From Phoronis australis (Eukaryota > Animalia > Phoronida): a stretch of DNA of 64,000 nucleotides. The stretch's first letter is position 1; each line of letters opens with the position of its first letter. Where the stretch lies: the NCBI GenBank assembly GCA_002633005.1, contig NMRA01000306.1:226500-290499 (forward strand), in the 5' to 3' direction. Below are positions 58,401 through 64,000 of the stretch, one piece after another. The notes below the pieces were generated by a model that searched no databases, had not been told where the DNA came from, and saw only the letters and a list, made by a program, of their open reading frames with translations. Both the position numbers and the translations under genes were made by a program.

Positions 58401-60978
58401 AGATTCCTGATATTGCCACTTCGGAACGAAATGATCTTTAACTTACTCCTGGTCACATTTCAGAAGCCCGTTATTGCCCAGACAAAGAAAAGGTCCAATA
58501 TGTTCCTAACACAGGTGAGAAGCATTATGGGTACAAATTAAGCTTACACCCCTGATATGCTTTCAAGGGTAAACCAAAGAACCTTTGCTTATTTCCGTGT
58601 CACCACGAAGCAATGACTTCAAATAAATGTTTTGTGGCAGTATGTAACACGCTTACGCTTGTACTGAGCGAGTCCGTTCTCAGTCTCTGACTCTTGTCCC
58701 ATCAGCGTTACAGCGAACTGTTACTTCATTTGTTTGTTTTGTACCATATGCAGGACAATAATAGAATAAATAAAATATCTGAGTAATTTGACAGCAGCCC
58801 TTCCAATAGACAAAATTCGTTGAACACTACATTATTTTCACGCTCTAGCTCTCTGAATCTTTGACGATCTTTCACAAGGCAACATTAAAACAGACGACCA
58901 AATGATATACATGTAAGAAAACTAACGATTAAAATGCCTGATAACGAAGCGCACGTCGTTTAAATAACTGCAATGTAGTTTTCTTAAGTCTCTTGCCTTC
59001 GTCTTTATTGTTGCGCTGTGAGCGAGAGCCAAAGATCCAGAGAGCTCGAGCGAATATTGTTGAAATTTATTGATCGTGAATATTATTGTGTGTTCAACAA
59101 AGTTTGGTGACGTGTGAGTGAAGACCCATGTTTGTACGTCACCCAGGATAGTGTTGTTGCCATGCCATTTATTTTCAGCTCACTGCGATGCGACGATTGG
59201 TTCACAATTACAGTTGGTAACTCTTGGCAGTCGTTACATGAGTGGAAATAGTGTAGCGTCGCACTCTAATGTTAGCAGCGATATTGCGTGTGCCCTTTTG
59301 TGCATGGGAGACAATCAGTGTAATTCAGCAGACTATTATCGTGATGGAAAAGAATGCGAGTTAAAAAAACAGACATGGTCGGACGACAATATCGGCTTCG
59401 CTGTGACATCTTCAAACGTAGTGCATTTAGAATTCCAGTGCGTGGTCGGTAAGTCAAACTCAAGACGTATCACTTGAAATAATAAACTAATAATGTAACA
59501 TTTGTGTGGTGCTCTTTTACTTGTAAGAAAGTTTTAGACGTTTTTTCGTTTATTGAGCGCGACAGAACAACATTTTATCAGTAAAATGACAACACTCTCA
59601 TCGCGAACGAATTTCAATCAGCCCACTTTGGGGATACACAGACATCTGTATTTTGAATTTCCATCCTTTTACTCGTCAGTCCGCACACATTTTTATTTTG
59701 TGCATCCTCGAACAAAGACTTGACAAAGTATTTCAGTTTTTTTGCACAATTTCTATTATAAAACCAAATAAATTAAAGAAAATTTTTGTCATTTTTTGCA
59801 AAAGCATCCTCCTGTCTTAATTCCATGTCAGCTGTGTATAAGTAAATTCATTTAAACCTCTGTAGAGGAATCCTGTCCCGTTGGCTGGTCGTCCGGGAAC
59901 TCAACTTCGTGCTATATGCTGGGACACTCGGGATTACAGAAGGAGACATTTGATAGTGCATTCAGCTATTGCGATAAACGAAACAGTCACGTGGTCTTTA
60001 TCAACGACTTCGAAGAAAAATCAAATTTCCATTCCTGGCTACAACAGTGAGTACTCATTATATTGGTAAAGAATGACAATGAAAATATCAGTCGAGTTCA
60101 CTACACGATGACTTTTCAATGACTACATATGCTGTAGTTTGTTTCTTTAATTCCAAGTTAAAGCATATGTAATCATTGAAAAAGTAAACATTTTGTTAAT
60201 TTAATTCATTTACTTTTTTCTATGTTGCATGAGTTGCATTTCATTGTTTATTTTAAAAATATGTTACTACTAGTGAACGTGTAGTTTTTTTCTCTGATGT
60301 TTTGGTTGTTTTCCATTAGGAGAGCAGTTTATGCTAACACATCTCTCGACCATACCTGGTTGACCTTGACTGACAACACATCTGACGTATCACTGTGGAT
60401 GTACATGCCGAATGGGACGGTGTTTGGGGCCAACAAAACAAACCATTACAGCGATCCCAACTGCGCAAAACTTAACTGTGGAGATCGTGAGTGCGAATAT
60501 GAGGAAGAACAGTGCTCAAACCAGCTAAATTTTGTATGCGAAAAACTCGACTCAGGTGAGCATGTAATCAAAGTAAACAATTTTATATTCCCTACCCTCT
60601 TTCTAAATGAACGTATTAAGATACAACAAACAAGTAGTTGGCGTTCACGTATGAGGTTGGGGATCAGGGAGGTATTTGCATATATCACGATTGGGGCAAA
60701 AATTCTAGAAATTTCTCGCAAAACACGAAAAAATTGCATCGCAGCATCAAGTGAAAAAACATTGGAGAAGGTACACCTATAGAGATGGGCAGACATGAAC
60801 TAAACCACTGATTGTTGGCGTGGATGTTTGATGGGGTCCAAGACTGAACATGGTGGACACCTGAAGATGGATTGCGAGGGCGACCGGTGGGGGTTGGTAT
60901 TCAGGAAAAAATATTCCTATGCCTGTGTTCGGAAAAATCTAAACAGGAACATTGGAGTTTAGATTTTCCCGAACACAT

Positions 60979-61017
<39 letters not shown>

Positions 61018-63169
61018 NNNNNNNNNNNNNACACACACACACACACACACACGCATATACTGTGCTTTGATTTGATGATGTCATACTACTCCCTGAAGAT
61101 GCTCGTTTGTAATGAACTGAAAGGTTGGATGTGGATATGCCAATCTTCACGTGTGTGCTTGTGATAAGACTTTTGCTAAAATTCAAATCACATGCACCAC
61201 CTCCAATGCCAGAAGTTGGTACTGGTCGATAAGGACCCAAAATTGCGCCAGGGAACCTCCTTCCCGATCTATAAAGCCATTTTTCATGTCTCCATAGACG
61301 TTGCCGCGATCAGGGAAGAACCTCTGCCTTGTGCAATTGAGATTTTGATAAAACAAAAAATCACTTCGTTAACATTTGTGAAAGTAAGGCTAGCACACAG
61401 TCCCATGCAGTCAACGATCTAGCCTTTGTGATGGCTTTAGAAGAGACTACCTTGTTAGCGCTAAGACAGTGAACTTCAAGCCTTACGGTGGTGTTGGTAG
61501 TGTCTTTTTATGGTCAAGGCTAATAACCCCATGACAGCATCTTTAAGGGCCAGTTCGACATCTAGGCCTAAGGTTCCTCCGAGGCGATTGAGTCCGCATT
61601 GTAAACTGGTGGTGATGAGGTAGAAATCAGCAAATGTTGAAGATGGCGATAAGGCTGCCGAGAATCGCGCGTTCGCCAGTGCGGTTATCCTTGCCTTCAA
61701 CCCCCTCCTGCCACTCTGTGTTCTGTCGTTGGGCGCTGCCACCCTACCACCTAGTGGCACTGCCTCTTCTGTGTTAGATCTCGAGCAACGAGATGTTAAC
61801 AAGCGTATGATCCCATATTAAGTACATTATACGATGAAAATCCATTGCTGTTTTTTCACATTGATATACGTTATCGTAAACATGACAGGTTAATCTTCAT
61901 CATGCCAATAATACACGTGTCCACTTGCAACAAACCCTGACTAAAGTGTTGTGTGTTGTGTCTCTGGTCTACTAGCCTTACGATGCTTACTTCTCATAAA
62001 AATACCAAATCATATGCAGCTCGACTTGATTTCGATTTAAGCTGTTTTGGTATCTATAATCGTACCGACTTGTTTGACAGAGACACAGTGGCTGTAGCTT
62101 GCAACCTTATGGGAACAAATTGGCATGCTCGCACTGTTCGGTGGGTTTTGGCGTACAGTCTTCGCCAGATAACTGTCGAGGAACCTCCACACGATACAGT
62201 CCGATGTATTACACAACATTGCAGAAGTTCTCGGATTTCTTTATAATTGGCAGGAGTGTTGATACCCATCTTGATGTGGGATTAAGTTCTGGCATAAATT
62301 CTAGAGGTGAATTCCTGTTATAAATTACTGTCACGTTTTAACTGGGCACTTGCAATACAGGTCATGAGCCTACATTTCTTGTTCAGAATCGCTACGACAG
62401 CTTAGGCGAATATAAGTTACAAGTGGTTGAACTGGATCAGTGTTGGATAGTATATCCACAACCTGTCTTTCAAAACACAAGTACATGAGATCCAAAGCGG
62501 TTGGTCATGCTATTCCTCTATACACTGAGTGGGGGAATGTTCTAGTTCACTTGAAAGTGTAGAATTCGACAATCCCAGCACACGTGCTGATATCAATTCA
62601 CTAGCCAATAATTTCACAGGTACGCTGACTTGTGCAATTAATTTTGTTTGTCCTACAGGGATGGTAAGGTTCACCGGAAAATCTAATCACCAGATTTGGT
62701 GGACCAAAGAGCTTGCTTTCTGTTTTGACGGATACCTTACGCCCTAACCTACTAATCCGGTTTTGACCACTCTTTCGAATTTCATTTGTTCTGTTGGCAG
62801 ATACGTTCACCTTTTGAAGAGCAATCGAAGAAGCAAACAGATAAATGGGTGCATGTTTTAGTTCACCTCTTAAACTATGATTGCAATAACGAATTAGACA
62901 AAGTTTCGGCATTTGTTTAATTTGTCTTCAACTGATTTCATTCGTTGATTATACCCCATGCAGACTACGCGTACGGCGCACCAATCAGCTTAAACGATCT
63001 TCCTCAAAGTTCATTCACGGCTTCCTCGCAGTTCACTTATAACTACGGTGCATGGTCGGCAGCTTACGACAGCGCTAAAGCGTGGATCGCTAAGGACAAT
63101 TCAGACCCTGACGATTACGTCCAGGTCGACTTAGGCTCCATAAGGATCATAACAAAAACGTCAACAAAG
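305..63169 (+). CDS. Giant multi-exon extracellular mosaic protein, partial at both ends: (TSP1-PAN-CTLD-F5/8C-F5/8C)n, 53 exons, ~2,900 aa in window
   Basis: All predicted exons have AG/GT boundaries and compatible phases (domain borders phase 1; CTLD internal intron phase 2; F5/8 internal introns phase 0). The spliced frame stays open. Exon order and sizes (about 168/57/270/169/218/206/108/133/203/108/142) recur in five units. Confidence 0.88.
850..1290. repeat. CT-rich minisatellite / low-complexity tract
   Basis: Repeated ~60 bp unit ctatctatccttctgtctttccatctctccatttctccgtcttctcatttacc. Confidence 0.85.
1839..2105 (+). CDS. Unit 1 PAN/Apple domain exon
   Basis: LCNLS..GRYIEGHEL..ITSATECARACMVYPGCKSADY..SSNCVFK..HLEIGC; cag/gtaac junctions. 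Confidence 0.88.
2162..2319. mobile_element. Small MITE
   Basis: Inverted repeats cgttcagtagacgctaggacct / aggtcctagcgttactgaacg. Confidence 0.6.
2566..3138 (+). CDS. Unit 1 compact C-type lectin-like domain (exons 2566-2734, 2921-3138)
   Basis: KCPPGWLSVDESSCYSVS..MADASTYCDRRNSHLIYI..E / FWLLTG..CFKLNC..EC..C..LHAVCE; phase-2 intron. Confidence 0.85.
3539..5841 (+). CDS. Unit 1 F5/8 type C (discoidin) domain A (exons 3539-3744, 5100-5207, 5709-5841)
   Basis: LPNSAFSAT..SW..DYIQVDLG..; GR..EFVKSMEIFVSLDG; FPGN..IRVRP..ALRLEVY. These exons are mostly absent from the ORF track. Confidence 0.87.
6353..6423 (+). pseudogene. Truncated tandem duplicate of the 5' part of exon 6465 (decoy acceptor with in-frame stop)
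   Basis: ttttcag|ctgcaccctcaagcagtgctttaagtctg... parallels ttttcag|ccgtaccctcaagtaatgctttaagtttg... 112 bp downstream; reads APSSSALSLRNLPDEAFTATRY then TAG. Confidence 0.8.
6465..10434 (+). CDS. Unit 1 F5/8 type C domain B (exons 6465-6667, 8878-8985, 10293-10434)
   Basis: LPDESFTAT..AWC..DYFQVDLG..TKG; YTSVDG; FDGN..RYIRVQP..CLKLEVY. Confidence 0.87.
7230..7905 (+). mobile_element. Possible solo-LTR-like remnant interrupted by a retroposon tail
   Basis: TG start, repeated ctagaa/ttctag motifs, TATAAATA near 7502, AATAAA near 7876; boundaries uncertain. Confidence 0.3.
7701..7783 (-). mobile_element. 3' tail fragment of a LINE/SINE with (TAAA)n tail; second copy at ~12112-12201
   Basis: (ttta)n followed by aatgagggt..cagt..cactgctttcca at both loci. 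Confidence 0.55.
9466..9880 (-). mobile_element. 5'-truncated non-LTR retrotransposon (RTE-like), RT C-terminus with (ATGAG)n tail
   Basis: ORF 9914-9495: TQRAMERKML..LKWRWGGHVAR..RWTK..EWQP..GKR.RGRP..RWRDDI; stop abuts a pentamer tandem tail. Confidence 0.85.
10842..12048 (+). CDS. Unit 2 TSP1 repeat (exons 10842-11009, 11989-12048)
   Basis: YGHWSSWNEWSSCSCSE..RRRERQC..GRFCLG..SKC; mini-exon DEYEYCHDMQ. An alternative in-frame acceptor is possible at 11995. Confidence 0.88.
11057..11181. repeat. 40-bp minisatellite x3
   Basis: ttgacatttatggctactagtactgtatccgtcttgggcc repeated three times. Confidence 0.92.
12293..12568 (+). CDS. Unit 2 PAN/Apple domain exon
   Basis: FCDLSVG..GRYIEGH..ECARSCMADPGCKSADY..CMFK..HLEMGC. 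Confidence 0.88.
13393..14027 (+). CDS. Unit 2 compact CTLD (exons 13393-13561, 13810-14027)
   Basis: KCPPGW..SCYSVS..YCDRRNSH / GDFWLLTG..CFKLNC..VVCE; same 169/218 nt sizes as unit 1. Confidence 0.86.
14646..17570 (+). CDS. Unit 2 F5/8C domain A (exons 14646-14851, 16765-16872, 17438-17570)
   Basis: LPNSAFSAS..DYVQVDLG; EYVKSMEIYLSLDG; FDGN..FIRVRP..LRLEVY. Confidence 0.87.
15023..15518. mobile_element. Foldback/palindromic MITE with ~230 bp inverted arms
   Basis: ttcattctcaagtggatataaaatgac / gtcattttatatccacttgagaatgaa and gaattgat..cacgacactttt / aaaagtgtcgtg..atcaattc; ~40 bp spacer. Confidence 0.8.
16091..16518. mobile_element. Degenerate MITE with tgacacgg subterminal repeats
   Basis: gccgtttacac and gtgtaaacggc; repeated tgacacgg motifs; imperfect terminal inversion. 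Confidence 0.5.
18032..18772. mobile_element. MITE with cgaccc/gggtcg subterminal repeats; related right end at ~43950-44059
   Basis: Left C-rich cacgaccc array mirrors right gggtcgtg array; ends attgtgctagaat / ttttagagcaat. Confidence 0.6.
18942..20400 (+). CDS. Unit-2-specific canonical C-type lectin domain cassette (exons 18942-19116, 19677-19899, micro-exon 20379-20400)
   Basis: ACPVNSW..CYY..TWNGANTNCLSLGGSLAYI / FWMGISD..EGTW..SYTKW..QPNGGTTENC..WYDRDC..LCQ. The 22-nt exon has a strong polypyrimidine-tag acceptor and cag|gtaagt donor and restores phase 1. Confidence 0.85.
21038..25453 (+). CDS. Unit 2 F5/8C domain B (exons 21038-21240, 23499-23606, 25312-25453)
   Basis: LPDDAFTAT..NAWC..DYLQVDLG; GYQNAHYWVTKM; FDGNVNY..RYIRVQP..CVKLEVY. 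Confidence 0.87.
22378..22696. mobile_element. Non-autonomous TIR element with 5-bp TSD (catga)
   Basis: catga|CAGTGGCGGATCTAGG ... CCTAAGTCCGCCTATG|catga. Confidence 0.75.
23091..23455. mobile_element. ~360 bp TTAA-flanked MITE, copy 1 (copies 2 and 3 at ~25580-25944 and ~32490-32862)
   Basis: Shared ttcaaccaatcctcg, gcatcattg, aaagcgtaggtca, gagttttcaa and terminal ccgggttcggtatccttttaa. Confidence 0.75.
25195..25302. repeat. Degenerate (TTAC)n microsatellite abutting the acceptor of exon 25312
   Basis: ttacttacttac runs. Confidence 0.75.
25580..25944. mobile_element. ~360 bp TTAA-flanked MITE, copy 2
   Basis: Colinear with 23091-23455; ends accgggtttggtgtccttttaa. Confidence 0.72.
26780..27489 (+). 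CDS. Unit 3 TSP1 repeat (exons 26780-26947, 27430-27489)
   Basis: YGHWSAWNQWSSCSCSE..RRRERECTD..GRYCLG..SDC; mini-exon EYEYCPDMQ. Confidence 0.88.
27615..27890 (+). CDS. Unit 3 PAN/Apple domain exon
   Basis: ICDLSVG..GRYVEGH..ECARACAADPSCKSADY..CVFK..HLEMGC. Confidence 0.88.
28069..29234 (+). CDS. Unit 3 compact CTLD (exons 28069-28237, 29017-29234)
   Basis: NCPPGW..SCYSVS..YCDRRNSH / FGDFWLLTG..CFKLNC..VVCE. Confidence 0.86.
29546..31720 (+). CDS. Unit 3 F5/8C domain A (exons 29546-29751, 31227-31334, 31588-31720)
   Basis: LPNSAFSST..DYVQVDLG; EYVKSMEIYLSLDG; FIRVRPLTYQGRKALRLEVY. Confidence 0.87.
32154..38257 (+). CDS. Unit 3 F5/8C domain B (exons 32154-32353, 37040-37147, 38116-38257)
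   Basis: LPDEAFTAT..QAWC..DYLQVDLG; GYQSAHYWVKKM..YTSLDG; FDGNVNY..RYIRIQP..CLKLEVY. Confidence 0.87.
32490..32862. mobile_element. ~360 bp TTAA-flanked MITE, copy 3
   Basis: Colinear with 23091-23455; ends accggttcggtattcttttaa. Confidence 0.68.
33026..35320. mobile_element. TIR element (~46 bp TIR) containing nested insertions
   Basis: ccaagcctcaagatggcgttgatcggtttaaccattt / aaatagctaaaccgatccgcgccgtcttgaggcttgg; inner TIR pair atagacctaattcacgc (33404) / gcgtgaattgggtctat (35272). Confidence 0.7.
38771..40444 (+). mobile_element. Kolobok-like non-autonomous DNA transposon with degenerate THAP coding remnant
   Basis: ttaa|AGGGGAATGCCACCC ... GGGTGGCATTCTCCT|ttaa; colinear inverted paralog at 54675-56254. 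Confidence 0.82.
40805..41270 (+). CDS. Unit 4 TSP1 repeat (exons 40805-40975, 41217-41270)
   Basis: HGSWSEWGALSSCTC..QTRERECTKPKPMDGKHCIG..FQC; mini-exon NFEYCPDME. Confidence 0.86.
42157..42426 (+). CDS. Unit 4 PAN/Apple domain exon
   Basis: YCDITHGSQL..GRYIMGH..ECAFACMNETRCQSADF..ICNLK..HLELQC. Confidence 0.87.
42478..42622. mobile_element. Small GC-rich MITE; related copy at ~34815-34949
   Basis: Shared gcgcaccata..ggtctat(g/a)ggcggtgca..ttttcagtgctgc..cccatg. Confidence 0.6.
45158..46196 (+). CDS. Unit 4 compact CTLD (exons 45158-45332, 45979-46196)
   Basis: VCPPGWSSSGGHQCYLV..AAEACDRLNSYVVYLN..E / NFWLT..QCSNLKCQDSTC..PC..YTVCE. Confidence 0.84.
46449..50289 (+). CDS. Unit 4 F5/8C domain A (exons 46449-46657, 49281-49388, 50148-50289)
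   Basis: LPTSALTASS..AWS..YVQVDFG..STKG; RKNADQWIKKM..STDG; FIGNTN..YLRVYP..MRLEVY. Confidence 0.85.
46991..48850 (+). mobile_element. Helentron-associated interspersed element (HINE/DINE-1-like) with internal tandem repeats; spans an assembly gap
   Basis: T-run start, subTIR tgcgcccaca / tgtgggcgca, 5' hairpin ccacatatttatatgtgg, (GTCC)n, ~440 bp core repeats, 3' hairpin caacgc-tct-gcgttg then ctcttgtt. Confidence 0.78.
47965..48314. other. Assembly gap (N run); smaller gaps at 49181-49200 and ~61018-61030
   Basis: Runs of n. Confidence 0.98.
51033..56468 (+). CDS. Unit 4 F5/8C domain B (exons 51033-51256, 54391-54498, 56330-56468)
   Basis: LPDAAFTTSS..AWC..FLEIDLG; RWVKTMEIYTSVDG; FSGNAN..RYIRIRP..CVRIEVY. 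Confidence 0.86.
51969..53513 (+). mobile_element. Second HINE-like element with ~3 higher-order core repeats
   Basis: Same 5' tgcgcccacatatttatatgtgg and 3' ggcgcatttcaacgctccgcgttgctcttgtt; core period ~450-458 bp. Confidence 0.78.
54675..56254 (-). mobile_element. Second copy of the Kolobok-like element, inverted
   Basis: ttaa|tggagaatgccacccc ... gggtgcattctcct|tcaa; reverse complement of 38771-40444 over its length. Confidence 0.82.
55842..56141 (-). pseudogene. THAP (C2CH) zinc-finger remnant of a transposase
   Basis: CMVPAC..SFYRLP..RKWL..HVCGRHF..DF. The first codon is GTG and there is no downstream DDE domain. Confidence 0.75.
57492..58514 (+). CDS. Unit 5 TSP1 repeat (exons 57492-57659, 58464-58514)
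   Basis: YGGWSTWGEWSSCYCSD..RRRERQCINPPPQQGRLCLG..TEC; mini-exon ARYCPDKE. Not in the ORF track. Confidence 0.86.
58061..58342. mobile_element. Non-autonomous TIR element with the same termini in opposite orientation, 5-bp TSD (ttccc)
   Basis: ttccc|CATAGGCGGATTTA ... CCTAGATCCGCCACTG|ttccc. Confidence 0.75.
59179..59448 (+). CDS. Unit 5 PAN/Apple domain exon
   Basis: HCDATIGSQL..SRYMSG..ACALLCMGDNQCNSADY..ECELK..HLEFQC. Confidence 0.87.
59866..60555 (+). CDS. Unit 5 compact CTLD (exons 59866-60046, 60320-60555)
   Basis: SCPVGWSSGNSTSCYM..AFSYCDKRNSHVVFIN..EE / HTWLTL..NCAKLNCGDREC..QC..NFVCE. Confidence 0.84.
60980..61051. repeat. (CA)n microsatellite with small N gap
   Basis: Direct observation. 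Confidence 0.95.
62964..63169 (+). CDS. Unit 5 F5/8C domain A, first exon (remainder lies beyond the window)
   Basis: LPQSSFTASS..AWIAKD..DYVQVDLG..TSTK|gtgagt; 206 nt like the paralogous exons. Confidence 0.86.
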
Positions 63170-63439
63170 GTGAGTGTAGACAATAATTCAATCATGCTCT
63201 TGGTAAAACTCGCACCGATTGGCTGCTGAAAGCAATAGACAAGAATACTAAGGAGCAATTCATGAAGCAAAAGAGATAAATTTATTTTCCGATAAACTGG
63301 TATTGGTCTGAAATGTATCCTGCTTCTACTTGGTGTCTGCATTGTTATCAGAATTCTCCTGCAATTTAGCACTTTTGCCCGTCAGTTGTCCTTCAGATCT
63401 TAGTTGGTAATGTGATGTACGTCAATTTTTAAAGGCCAA

Positions 63440-63691
63440 GGGCCCGTTCCAAGAAATTGATTTAAGTTTATTTTTGACTTAAGTTTAAAACTTGTCTCAA
63501 CTTCCAAATTTAAAACTTCCACATCCGTTTAGTTAGTCGAACTTAAGACAAAACTTAAGTCAAAAAATTTACGTCAAGCTTAAGGTCACGTTCTTGTGGA
63601 ACAGAATTAAGGCACTTTGAATTTTCATCTTAAAATTTGACTGAGATTTACGATTTGTCTTAGCTAAGTTAGTTTTCTTGGAACGGGGACC
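63440..63691. mobile_element. MITE (possibly PIF/Harbinger-like); looser relative at ~56670-56962
   Basis: TIR ggcccgttccaagaaa / tttcttggaacggggacc with internal cttaag repeats. Confidence 0.62.
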
Positions 63692-64000
63692 TGGATCACA
63701 ATCATCTGTACAATTATTGATGTAGGTTATAGTCAATAACAAGACATGTTGGTAGAATGCATCATTTGTAAACGCAGGTACACGTTTAGATGGAGCATTT
63801 TGATGTAAAAACAATACTGTATTTGCCAGCATGCGAATCAGCTATCGTACCGCCATAAGGTTGGCCTCCATCGGACCATAATCGGATAAAATGTTGTTTT
63901 TGAACTGGGCAAAAACTGAAAAACCGTTGCTAAAGCCTCAGGTGGAACTGATAGTGATACCGTTTGTAATTGCAACTGAATTTGATATCTCACTGAATTT

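Noticed and set aside
61420-62900. Cluster of short ORFs in the unit 5 intron
   Set aside because: No recognisable motif or splice-compatible exon; possibly a decayed element but unsupported.
305-63169. Five separate tandem genes
   Set aside because: No stop, signal-peptide exon or promoter evident between units, and B3 donors are phase-compatible with the next TSP1 acceptor (the unit 1-2 intron is only ~400 bp). Not formally excluded without transcripts.
305-63169. Naming as SCO-spondin, hemocytin/hemolectin, neuropilin, attractin or PKD1/REJ
   Set aside because: No VWD, LDLa, CUB, kelch, REJ or TM domains are seen, and the domain order matches none of these.

Overview
AT-rich animal (probably marine invertebrate) genomic DNA, not prokaryotic. 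The whole window lies inside one very large + strand, intron-rich gene that the ORF track shows only as fragments. By reading GT/AG junctions I assembled 53 in-frame exons (about 8,705 nt, about 2,900 aa) with no start codon, signal peptide, TM segment or stop in the window. The protein is a tandem array of a ~600 aa, 11-exon super-repeat: TSP1 (plus a mini-exon carrying its 6th Cys) - PAN/Apple - compact non-canonical C-type-lectin-like domain - F5/8C (discoidin) A - F5/8C B. There are four complete units and a partial fifth. Unit 2 alone carries an extra canonical C-type lectin cassette (QPN/WYD) ending in a 22-nt phase-correcting micro-exon. Introns hold many mobile elements: two THAP-bearing TTAA-flanked Kolobok-like elements, two Helentron-associated (HINE/DINE-like) satellite-carrying elements, a truncated RTE-like LINE, MITEs with 5-bp TSDs, a nested TIR cluster and a ~500 bp foldback. 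I do not recognise the gene by name. All calls are by-eye motif recognition, with no database search.
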